A DNA stretch of 64,000 nucleotides, taken from NCBI RefSeq assembly GCF_964355755.1, contig NC_092670.1, forward strand, positions 3,710,201 to 3,774,200, read 5' to 3'. This stretch comes from Antedon mediterranea (Eukaryota; Animalia; Echinodermata). Both the position numbers and the translations under genes were made by a program. This document shows positions 38,501-49,106 of the stretch, piece by piece. Under the pieces are notes generated by a model that saw only the letters and a program-made list of their open reading frames with translations, ran no database searches and was not told the DNA's origin. Positions within the stretch are counted from its first letter, which is position 1, and every line of letters begins with the position of its first letter.

Positions 38501-41500
38501 GCCTGTATAAAAAAAAACTTTTATTTTCCTTTCAAAAACCGATTTTACTTTAAAAAAATCGACAATATATACATCAACAAATAGATTGCAAAACCCTTTC
38601 ATTACAACCACAAAAAAGTCTACAATATATTCTTCATCAATACATAGATAAACGATTTAACATTTGACATTTTGGTGAACTTCGATTAATTAATTTCCCT
38701 TAAAACACCTGTTGCAGGTGTTTTGATCAAATATGCAAATAATTAAAATCATATTTCAGGCCCAATGCACACAAGTTAAAAGATTTTTTAATTAGCGTTT
38801 AAGCTGCACTGACTCTTAATTTCCTCAAATTCAAATGTCAATGTGTCAAGTTTATTGCGGATCTAAATTACAAATACAAAAATATTTACAAAATCAGTAT
38901 TAAATTCAATGCTGGAATTATTAAAAAGAAATTATATAAAAAAAATGTATTGATATCAAATGTCTGACTCAAGAATATTTATATTAAAATTGTTTTAAAA
39001 ATTATCTACAACAATTTACGTTATTAAAAGCATTATTTTGGAAACGATTGAGTGCATCTTTAATAACTTTTATCATCTATTCAATAATACCACTTTCAAT
39101 AATCCTTGTAAATCATCAAGTAACCTGAATGGTTACTATGTCAACACATTGAGTAAACAATAATGCATGCTCCAATATTTGTTTAGTGTCTATACACTGT
39201 CTATTGTGTTCTAATATTACCAGTGAATGACAGGTTTTTTAATATCGTTTTTTGAGGTATGGTAAGTCTTGCGCAGACGAATAAAATGAAAATGGCATTT
39301 ATTCAAAGTAAAGAAAGGCTGTATTAATAATTTCTTCTATGACCACCTCACAAATTGACCAACAAAATTACAGTAATATTTGGTATCTTTTGGATAATTG
39401 TACTATAATGCTAGCTCAGCTGTCAAACACTCAAGCCATGTGACAGATTGAAATGGGACACACATATATATTTTATTTCATTAGTTTTTGTGTGAGGTGA
39501 GTCCCGTGTTCTCTGAACGACGTAGGGGAATGAGCTGTTAGGAGCTCATTGTACTAAGCCTCGGCATTATGTGGTAGGGTGGCCAGTTCCTTTCCACGCC
39601 GCCTTTTTTCTCCCTAGTATTTTCAACCAGGTACTCATTTATAGCTGAGTGGACTGGGAGTTGTCGGCAATTGAACCCGGGTCTATCTGTATGACAGTCA
39701 AGTGTCCTAGTTTCTGTGTACACTTTCCTTTTTGCATTTTTATCGTAATTTAAAAAATCATTTTTGTTTCTCTTTTGTGCATTCCATACCACTGTAGGCC
39801 TATCAACAGAGAGTGATCACATAATTTAGTCTATAATATGTTCTATGTTTTTGTTATGTAACTTTTTGTCTGTCTGTTGTCCTCCAGGCCTGAGTCAGCC
39901 ATAGATCAAAGGTTTGAAGAGCACATCAAACTACACCATCTCAAAAAACTGATGAAAAAGTTTGCTCAACACAAACCAGATGAGAACGAAAACATAGTTG
40001 TTCCTAAGTTGGACTACTATGCACCGAGCGGCCCGCCAATGAAGCGTCAGCCTGGCAACGTGAATGTGGCGGAGTTTAAGGAGATGATCGGGAGTTTGCT
40101 TGGCAACTCGGCATGGGATTCACAGATGGAGACACTTTTTGCAAAGGTGAGATAAACCTCACAGATTATCGCAGAGAGATCTGTGTAACAATTTGTCACC
40201 TTTTGTGTCGCACATACGTACTGTACAGCGGGTATTAGACAACATCACATAGATAACATAGTGCTCAACTTAAATTGTATCACATTAATCAATAGTAGAA
40301 AATCGGTACTCTGATTTTTATTTCATAGTCGTAGGCAGTTGAATATATTGCAGTTTTTTTTATTGAAAACATTTTATAATGTAAAATTTTGGAAATTACA
40401 AAATGGTTAGTTTTCTCGAAAACTGAATAAATTGTATTGCACAGAATTGTATTTTAATGTTAAATTATTCAAAAGAATATTTTGACTGTCAAATTGTTTT
40501 TTCAAAGGTTGACACATCAGCAGATGGTTATGTGGACTGGAACGAGTTCTGTACGTACATGCTGATGCAGCTTAGAGAAACTGACTACATGAGACTTAAG
40601 AAGTTTCTTCCATTCTCAGCAGATCCTAAGATAAGACACATTGTTCAAAATAGGGTAAGTAGAATACTTGAATTAAAATTAATTAAAATCAGGTTTTACG
40701 CCATATTACAAAATTTACGAATACGAGTATGTATACTAATCCAAAAACTGTAAAAATCCAATTATATATCTTACATTTTACAAAAAATATGATGCATTTT
40801 TTAGAGTTATAATTCCAGAGGATTGAACAAAAATTAGAGGGTTAGGAATATACTAGGACTGCATTAACAATGGATTGAACCAAATAGAAGTCTTTTGTTT
40901 TAATTGTATAGGAATCTGCTGAAAGGGATTGAAAGCTCAAATCCTGTAAAAATTATTGAATTGTAAATTTGGTTAAATTTTTTTTTAACGCAGCAAGAAT
41001 GTACGCATAGCATAACCTCAACAGAAAATCCAACCCGGTTCATCACACTTAGCAAAGAAGGAATTCTGGGAGTATTCGACTCACAGTTACACCTCGAAAA
41101 ATGGCATAAGGTCGTGTCAGAGAATGATGATCCACGTACTTCAAAACGACGATTTAAGACTTGGTACTCAGATATTGTTTACATGCCGAACGTACACAAA
41201 CTCGCAATAGCATCTACGGGACGAGATATACGGTTCTGGGATATTTCAACAAACTCTTATTTTGAAGATTTTCATTTATACGGTATAGAATATGCATATG
41301 GTTATATTAAAAGAGATAATTTATCATTATAAAATAGGCTATATAAAAAATTGACGGAAAATGTAATCATAAGAATTAATTGCAAATTCAGAGGTATAAA
41401 TGAGCGAAATGACAAAATAATTGTGAGATTAAATTGTTTTTTATATATATTTTTATAGCTTTGAATGATATGCCCATATGTATGGACTACTGGTATGACA

Positions 41501-42821
41501 AAAAGGTAATTATGTATTTCTAATTTGATAAGGTATGTAGGAGGGATCGTTGGAATTGAGTATTCCTTTGTTCAATTTAAAAATAAAATAATAATATTCA
41601 TTTGTAACAGAGAGCATGTCAATGTAGACATTCATTAATTGCATAATGAAATGCAATACAATCTCTATCAATTTTGGTGCCTATAATAAAGTAATACATA
41701 TTTTTTTTTCATACTAGAATCTTGCTGGTGAATCGTTACTAGTCGTTGGATTTGACATGGGGTCAATCCATCTGTTTTACTTCACTCAACCAATGACAAG
41801 CCTCTTTGCCACAATGTTCAAAGATGCTGAAGGCACTCAGAAGATTTGGACACAGGTGAGATCACATGATCTTGTTTGAAATTTCTGAATCCTTTTTGCA
41901 AAATTTTAGAGATTACTGTTTTATGGTTCTTTCATTGATCTTTAGGATTTACATCTCCATCAAAAGTTTGTGCGTCAAGTTGTGCTACCAAACATTCACA
42001 AGAACGAGATGGTGCGTAAAGTACGCTACATCCCAGAAAACGATTTCATTCTTTCGTCAAGCAGCAGCAACAAGACTTCGATGGTGATGATGGATATACA
42101 GGGCAAGAAGAAAACTTATGTTTTCAAATTGAGCAAGGTTGGTTGTAGGTTGAGTGAAGGGTCTTAGGCTAAGTAAAGAAGTGTCTTACTGCACTAAGTC
42201 TTGGTATTTTCTGGTGCGTTGGCCAGTTCCTTTTCATGCTGCCTTATCCTTTCAAGTTTTTTTCAACCAGATACTCTTTTACAGTTGAATAGACTGCAGG
42301 TTGTTTGGAATTTCAATCCAGGCCTTTTTTTAAAATCTAACCATTTATGGCTAGCGTGATTCTGGTTGAATAGGTTAGATGTAAAATGAAAAGAAAGGCT
42401 ATTACTGAAGATAAACTCTTGGGAATCATCTTTATCATACAGAAAAAAAAGTAAATTCAAATTCAAATAAATGCTATAAGATTTGCAAAAATAGCCTATG
42501 CCATGTAAAATATGAATACAATTTTTTTTGGTAAAACAAACACAATGTTAAAGTAAAGAAATAAAGCAAATAATGCCTTTATTTCATAGAATGACGATAT
42601 ACACTTCATTAAAAATGTTTTTCTTACAGGGCGTGGAATGTTTTGACTTCAACAAAACGTTAAACATGATCGCTACTGGAAGCATTGACCACTGTATACG
42701 TCTTTGGAACCCGTACGTAGAGGATAAACCAATTGCATTGCTGACAGGTCACATGATGTCCATTGTGGATGTAGTCATCCATGAACCATATCACCAGATA
42801 TTTAGTTATTCAAAAGATGGG
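32531..42821 (+). CDS. EF-hand + WD40 protein of the WDR49(CFAP337)/WDY/EFCAB8 family, 5' part (exons 32531-32545, 33393-33433, 39888-40146, 40508-40654, 40994-41282, 41459-41505, 41718-41855, 41946-42137, 42630-42821); remainder not in window
   Basis: In-frame splicing gives ...METLFAKVDTSADGYVDWNEFCTYM (EF-hand)...LAIASTGRDIRFWDI...GVECFDFNKTLNMIATGSIDHCIRLWNPY..PIALLTGHMMSIVDV (WD repeats). The last exon ends at a GTAAGT donor with no stop. The first two small exons are inferred from frame compatibility. Confidence 0.82.
33028..33350 (-). mobile_element. Full-length tRNA-headed SINE with Deu/Nin-like core domain
   Basis: Minus strand: GTGGCCGAGCGGTTAAG (A box), GGGTTCGAGGC (B box), core TCTTCTCGGATAAGGACTATAAACCGTAGGTCC...GAGTAGGGGGTTACCCCGGTGT resembling the AmnSINE/DeuSINE central domain, and a (TCAA)n tail. 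TAATAAT is duplicated on both flanks. Confidence 0.82.
33456..33578. mobile_element. Internally deleted copy of the MITE at 20573
   Basis: Shared acactatcaaactttatgtgac..atgtgatgt.cccatatatggacatgat..actaccatatttgggc..aaactagtt. Confidence 0.75.
34867..34944. promoter_or_regulatory. Two RFX X-box-like palindromes GTTGTCATGGAAAC (34867-34880, 34931-34944)
   Basis: Identical 14-mers matching the RFX consensus GTTRYCATGGNAAC, in an intron of a probable ciliary gene. Confidence 0.55.
37376..37389. promoter_or_regulatory. RFX X-box GTTGCCATGGAAAC
   Basis: Near-perfect consensus, upstream of a candidate alternative first exon. Confidence 0.6.
38072..38151 (+). CDS. Candidate alternative first coding exon of the WD40 gene (MHLQSRIMNRYQSFSSDSDSDSIDSF..)
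   Basis: ATG-initiated 80 nt ending in a consensus GTAAGT donor in phase 2, the phase required by the acceptor at 39888. Confidence 0.4.
39493..39712 (-). mobile_element. tRNA-derived SINE (core CCACTCAGCTATAAATGAGTACCTGG), best-preserved of three copies
   Basis: B-box-like CCGGGTTCAATTG on the minus strand followed by a conserved-SINE-like core. Relatives at 16625-16840 and 42180-42355. Confidence 0.7.
42180..42355 (-). mobile_element. Degraded copy of the same SINE family
   Basis: ggccagttcctttt.atgc.gcctt..tttcaaccag.tactc aligns with 39580-39650. Confidence 0.6.
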
Positions 42822-43130
42822 GTAAGTCATTATTTTTTCATTCTGCGTATACTAAGTTTGTTTGTTGTTAATTGGTAGCTAGTAAGTATTCAAAATTTAT
42901 TTTCCAATCTATTATATATGAGTAAGTTTTATGAAAATTTTATCAATTGATTTTTATTTCTATGTATATACATGGAGGACACTAATTTTAAAATCTGTCC
43001 TACGCAGAGCTTTAAGCTAATTTTAATGCATGAGAAATGTTGATAATAAAGGAGCTGCAACTCTGAGGTTTATAAACACAAGGAAGGAAACAATTATTTA
43101 TCCTGTAATTAACAGAAACTAATGATTCAA

Positions 43131-44540
43131 TTATTGGGAATCCAGAACAAAATAATGTGGAGGAGTTTCGTCATTATCAATGTTATCATCTCTTCTGTTC
43201 ATAACTTCATTTGTGCACCTCATTTTCTCAACCACAGTGCCAGACATAACATAGTCATTTTCAGCCTGTTGTTCTGCTGGTGTGTCATCAATTGTATAGT
43301 AAACATCTTCCTCAACAATGATTCCTGGAATGTCAGAAGTATCTTGGACCCTTGTGCCATTGTTCCTTTGATAACGCACAACATGTTGTGGTTTGTTGCA
43401 GCGTTTCTTCTTTAGTTGATAAAGTAACACAAGTACAACAATCATAAGTGTGATAGTACTTGTTGCCAGTGCCATTATGATTGTTCTATTGTTGTCACTT
43501 GCTGGATTGCATTTTTGGGATGTTGTTCGATATACCACTTTATTGTCAGTTGGTGTGATATTTTGGTCTTTTGGGTTGTTTTTCACATTGGTCGTTGCTT
43601 TAATACATTCAGTAGTGGATAAGATTTTGTTATCTTTGATTGTGAATTCAATCTCATCAGATCTGTTCAGAACCTCTGTACTCACCAGACACTTGGCAAT
43701 GTAATCACCAGCTGGTAAATTGTTGAAACATGTTTCATCTGTCTCTTGCTGGTAATCATTCTCTGCCATTACTTCTTCATTCAAACTCCAGTTGTAGATT
43801 TTCTTGCTACCAGATCCACCTGCTGCATAGCACTTGAAGCTATTCTGATTCACAGACATTTCAGACGTTTTATTTAACATCTTGACCTCCACCATTAATT
43901 GTGGGAGAACTTTTAATATCACAGTTTTGCACCAAGTTTCCCAACTGTTTGAATATGAAAGACAAGTGAAAAATATTGCTTCTCCGGAATAGAAACCCTT
44001 AATAGTCTGATTATAGGTTATATTATATGAACTATAAGACTGTGTGACATTGTACTTTCCTTGGATCCACCCAATTGTGACATCACATATGCGGTTATTT
44101 GGTACTATGATGATCTTACAAACAATTTGAACTTGCTTCCATTCTATAATGTTATCCAAACCTTCACAAGAAATGTGAATGTTATCCCCATCAGGTATTC
44201 TAAAATGGACATCATATGTAGGAACCAAATATTGTAACTTATCACCATCCTCACATGTGTATATTCCTTGTACTTGCTGTGCCTCAAAAGATATGAAAAG
44301 TGGACATCTAATTGTTAACTTTTTAAAGTAGTCTTTAAAGATAAGTAGCTTTTTCGAGTTGTCTACAGAGTACTTTGGAATAACCTGATATTGTTTATTT
44401 GCTGCTGGTAAAACTCTCACTGATTGCACAGAGGTGCTTGTGTAATAGTAAACATTATCAAATTCAACTAAACTTGCAGAAACTCCATTGGAAAATGGCA
44501 AGCACGCCAATACAAAGATCAAATACGTTTTAAAATTCAT
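43131..44540 (-). CDS. Ig-like single-pass receptor, copy 1 (ectodomain A + tail 1), ~469 aa, single coding exon
   Basis: First true ATG at 44540 gives signal peptide MNFKTYLIFVLACLPFSNGVSA. Ig-like motifs LTI..QGIYTC, VQIVC..IGW..FTC and FKC..YNW..GDYIAKC. TM segment IIMALATSTITLMIVVLVLLY followed by KKKR. Tail contains DVYYTI, NDYVM and PHYFVL. Confidence 0.85.
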   Translation of the reverse strand: MNFKTYLIFVLACLPFSNGVSASLVEFDNVYYYTSTSVQSVRVLPAANKQYQVIPKYSVDNSKKLLIFKDYFKKLTIRCPLFISFEAQQVQGIYTCEDGDKLQYLVPTYDVHFRIPDGDNIHISCEGLDNIIEWKQVQIVCKIIIVPNNRICDVTIGWIQGKYNVTQSYSSYNITYNQTIKGFYSGEAIFFTCLSYSNSWETWCKTVILKVLPQLMVEVKMLNKTSEMSVNQNSFKCYAAGGSGSKKIYNWSLNEEVMAENDYQQETDETCFNNLPAGDYIAKCLVSTEVLNRSDEIEFTIKDNKILSTTECIKATTNVKNNPKDQNITPTDNKVVYRTTSQKCNPASDNNRTIIMALATSTITLMIVVLVLLYQLKKKRCNKPQHVVRYQRNNGTRVQDTSDIPGIIVEEDVYYTIDDTPAEQQAENDYVMSGTVVEKMRCTNEVMNRRDDNIDNDETPPHYFVLDSQ

Positions 44541-46176
44541 GCTTCTTAGTGAAAATCTAAAATGGTCAACCAATGATTCAAGTGTTAAAACGTTTGGATG
44601 TGTAAAAGTGTTGGTTGATGATAAAATTTTTCTGAGATTATGCAATGGCTGTATTGAGGAAGTTGACTATACTATAATTATAGAATCTGAAAACTAAACT
44701 AAAATAAAAAATTGAGTTTTGTTTTTAGTTGGTCTATGTTTTTAATATTAGGTTTCTCACACTTAAATAGTACAATAATAAATATAATAAATGGGGTGAT
44801 TTTTACTGCCAATTTTCCTGAAAACTCATTTTGGAAGATTTACCAGTTATCAACTCAAGTAATAGACAATTAAAAATTTAAAAAATTATTAAATAAAAAA
44901 AAAAATTCTTGACAATCATTTAATCAATCCGAAATGTAAAATACATTACGCAATTTTCATAGAGTCATCGATAGGGATGTTAAAAATAAGAATTGTGTCG
45001 TGTTAGTTGATTATGATATTAAAAAGTACAATACAAAGCCAAAAGCAAAACAGTTTTTAACTTCAAGGGTGCCAATATAAAATTTTTATCATTGGAATGT
45101 TTGCATGGTGCAATCAATATCCCTAAGGTTGATCGAAAGAACATTGATCAAAACGTCAAAACAGTTCTTTTCAGCACTACATACGTGGTGTACTGCAAAC
45201 TTTATATTAATATAAGGTTTGTTTTCATAAAAAGTGAATTTTCCAGTTTTCCATCAAGGTCATTACAGAGTTTGAGACCAGATACAGATATAAAATAATG
45301 CGATCTTTTTAAGTGCAGCAAACAAAGTACAAATACTCAATAATAGATTAGTATACATGCATTTAATCATGCTCAAAAGTCTTAATATACAGTATTAACA
45401 ATTGATGTGGATAAGACTAGTGTGCTAACTGCAAATTGCCAAAAATAGTGATATTAAAATATTAAAGTATTTCAATTTGCAACAATGACCTTTGGGTGAG
45501 GTTACTAATTGAATAACATGGAGAATTTAAACACAGCAAAGAGAGAAACACTAATTTGCTCAGTAATATTACTGAAAATACTAGATGGAGCAGTAAATCC
45601 AAGAAAATCACATATTCTGATTTTAAATAATGTCTATTTACAATTGATATCTTTTTCAAAAACTCATTTCTCCCATTAGCATTTAGTTAGATATTTGGGA
45701 TGCTGAATGTAACAAGAACTTTGTTTAGATTTTGGAGAGGAGTTATGATTTAAACCCAAGAATTAATCTGTAGTTGTGTTTGTCTTCAGGTTTTTTTTTT
45801 AATCTGTCTAAGTTACTTTATATTTACAAATGATCAAGATTTTCTAGAGAAGGCCTTAACATTTATGCAAATTTGGTAATCATGCCTTATAACTACTTTA
45901 CATTATCATACAGAACCATTTTCTACAGTGGTGATTTACAAATTAATAAACTCTACAAAATGTTTTAAAATAATGTTTGCTACATTACTGTGTAAACTGT
46001 TATAAAAGTACTATTGTTTTTTTGTTGCTTAATCTTAAAAATGGAGACAATTTGGACATTTTCATTCATAAGTTTAATTATTAAAAACCTCACTTTCCAT
46101 TTCTTCTGTGATGTTATTCGGTGTAATTTTAAAAGATTGTTTAGCTTTTACTGATATAAGTTGTGAACATGTTTGA

Positions 46177-47469
46177 TTACTTGTCGACGGTATCTCCATC
46201 TTTGATTTCACAATACAATGCATCAATGCTTGTTTCTGGTTGTTGTTGTCTTCTAGATGTGTTTGCAATTGTTATACTGTAATTTTGTTGTTCCACTTTG
46301 GTATCTGCAACATCAGAAGTTTCGTAGACAGTATTTCTTTGATAAAACACTTCTGGTTGATGTTTGTTGTCATGTTTCCTGTTGTCATGTTTCCTTTTTA
46401 GTATGTAGAGAAACAAAATGAAGACAATAACCATCAGTGTCATAGTACTTGTTGCTAGAACCATTATGAGTATTTTATCACTGCTCCTTTTCTGTTTGTT
46501 GTTGATATCATTCACCTTGTTGTAGTTTTGGGAATTTGTCACTCTGTCTACTGACATGTCGACATCTTTAATTGTGAATTCTACCTCATCAGATCTGATC
46601 TGAACCTCAGCACTCACCAGACACTTGACAGTGTAATCAGCTGGTAAATTGTTAAAACATCTTTCATCTGTCTCTTGCTGGTAATCATTCTGTGTCACTC
46701 CTTCTCCATTCAAACTCCAGTTGTAGATTTTCTTGCTACCAGATCCACCTGCTGCATAGCACTTAAAGCAATTCTGATTCACAGACATTTCAGACGTTTC
46801 ATATAACCTCTTGACCTTCACCATTAATTGTGGGAGAACTTTTAATATCACAGTTTTGCACCTAGTTTCCCAACTGTTTGAATATGAAAGACAAATGAAA
46901 AATATTGCTTCTCCGGAATAGAAACCCTTAATAGTCTGATTATAGGTTATATTATATGAACTATAAGACTGTGTGACATTGTACTTTCCTTGGATCCACC
47001 CAATTGTGACATCACATATGCGGTCATTTGGTACTATGATGATCTTACAAACAATTTGAACTTGCTTCCATTCAATAATGTTATTCAAACCTTCACAAGA
47101 AATGTGAATGTTATCCCCTTCAGGTATTCTAAAATGGACATCATATGTAGGAACCAAATATTGTAACTTATCACCATCCTCACAGGTGTATATTCCTTGT
47201 ACTTGCTGTGCCTCAAAAGATATGAAAAGTGGACATCTAATTGTTAACTTTTTAAAGTAGTCTTTAAAGATAATTAGCTTTTTGAAGTTGTCTACAGAGT
47301 ACTTTGGAATAACCTGATATTGTTTATTTGCTGCTGGTAAAACTCTCACTGATTGCACAGAGGTGCTTGTGTAATAGTAAACATTATCAAATTCAACTAA
47401 ACTTGCAGAAACTCCATTGGAAAATGACAAGCACGCCAATACAAAGATCAAATACGTTTTAAAATTCAT
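46177..47469 (-). CDS. Ig-like single-pass receptor, copy 2 (ectodomain A + tail 2), ~430 aa
   Basis: Ectodomain nearly identical to copy 1. After EFTIK the stalk, TM and tail match copies 3, 4 and 6 (..ILIMVLATSTMTLMVIVFILFLYILKRK..TVYETS..QNYSITI..DALYCEI). Confidence 0.85.
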   Translation of the reverse strand: MNFKTYLIFVLACLSFSNGVSASLVEFDNVYYYTSTSVQSVRVLPAANKQYQVIPKYSVDNFKKLIIFKDYFKKLTIRCPLFISFEAQQVQGIYTCEDGDKLQYLVPTYDVHFRIPEGDNIHISCEGLNNIIEWKQVQIVCKIIIVPNDRICDVTIGWIQGKYNVTQSYSSYNITYNQTIKGFYSGEAIFFICLSYSNSWETRCKTVILKVLPQLMVKVKRLYETSEMSVNQNCFKCYAAGGSGSKKIYNWSLNGEGVTQNDYQQETDERCFNNLPADYTVKCLVSAEVQIRSDEVEFTIKDVDMSVDRVTNSQNYNKVNDINNKQKRSSDKILIMVLATSTMTLMVIVFILFLYILKRKHDNRKHDNKHQPEVFYQRNTVYETSDVADTKVEQQNYSITIANTSRRQQQPETSIDALYCEIKDGDTVDK

Positions 47470-49106
47470 GCTTCTTAGTGAAAATCTAAAATGGTCAACC
47501 AATGATTCAAGTGTAAAACGTTTGGATGTGTAAAAGTGTTGGTTGATGATAAAATTTTTCTGAGATTATGCAATGGCTGTATTGAGGAAGTTGACTATAC
47601 TATAATTATAGAATCTGAAAACTAAACTAAAATAAAAAATTGAGTTTTGTTTTTAGTTGGTCTATGTTTTTAATATTAGGATTCTCACACTTAAATAGTA
47701 CAATAATAAATATAATAAATGGGGTGATTTTTACTGCCAATTTTTCTTAAAACTCATTTTGGAAGATTTACCAGTTATCAACTCAAGTAATAGACAAATT
47801 AAAAATTAAAAAAATTATTAAATAAAAAAAAAAATTCTTGACAATCATTTAATCATCCGAAATGTAAAATACATTATGCAATTTTCATTAGAGTCATCGA
47901 TAGGGATGTTAAAAATAAGAATCGTGTCGTGTTAGTTGATTATGATATTAAAAAGTACAATACAAAGCCAAAAGCAAAACAGTTTTTAACTTCAAGGGTG
48001 CCAATATAACATTTTTATCATTGGAATGTTTGCATGGTGCAATCAATATCCCTAAGGTTGATCGAAAGTACATTGATCAAAACGTCAAAACAGTTCTTTT
48101 CTGCACTACATACGTGGTGTACTGCAAACTTTATATTAATATAAGGTTTGTTTTCATAAAAAGTGAATTTTTCAGTTTTCCATCAAGGTCATTACAGAGT
48201 TTGAGACCAGATACAGATATAAAATAATGCGATCTTTTTAAGTGCAGCAAACAAAGTACAAATACTCAATAATAGATTAGTATACATGCATTTAATCATG
48301 CTCAAAAGTCTTAATATACAGTATTAACAATTGATGTTGATAAGACTAGTGTGCTAACTGCAAATTGCCAAAAATAGTGATATTAAAATATTAAAGTATT
48401 TCAATTTCCAACAATGACCTTTGGGTGAGGTTACTAATTGAATAACATGGAGAATTTAAACACAGCAAAGAGAGAAACACTAATTTGCTCAGTAATATTA
48501 CTGAAAATACTAGATGGAGCAGTAAATCCAAGAAAATCACATATTCTGATTTTAAATAATGTCTATTTACAATTGATATCTTTTTCAAAAACTCATTTTT
48601 CCCATTAGCATTTAGTTATATATTTGGGATGCTGAATGTAACAAGAACTTTGTTTAGATTTTGGAGAGGAGCTATGATTTAAACCCAGGAATCAATCTGT
48701 AGTTGTGTTTGTCTTCAGGTTTTTTTTTTTAATCTGTCTAAGTTACTTTATATTTACAAATGGTCAAGATTTTCTAGAGAAGGCCTTAACATTTATGCAA
48801 ATTTGGTAATCATGCCTTATAACTACTTTACATTATCATACAGAACCATTTTCTACAGTGGTAATTTACAAATTAATAAACTCTACAAAATGTTTTAAAA
48901 TAATGTTTGCTACATTACTGTGTAAACTGTTATAAAAGTACTATTGTTTTTTTTTTGCTTAATCTTAAAAATGGAGACAATTTGGAAATTTTCATTCATA
49001 AGTTTAATTATTAAAAACCTCACTTTCCATTTCTTCTGTGATGTTATTCGGTGTAATTTTAAAAGATTGTTTAGCTTTTACTGATATAAGTTGTGAACAT
49101 GTTTGA

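Noticed and set aside
44541-44645. N-terminal extensions (MHNLRK.., MVDHF..) shown in the ORF track for the receptor copies
   Set aside because: They start at TTG. The first shared ATG (MNFKTY) directly begins a signal peptide.
45230-45252. NF-kB/IRF-like sites upstream of the receptor genes (GGAAAATTCAC, AAAGTGAA)
   Set aside because: Imperfect, expected by chance in AT-rich DNA, and altered in the other spacer copies.
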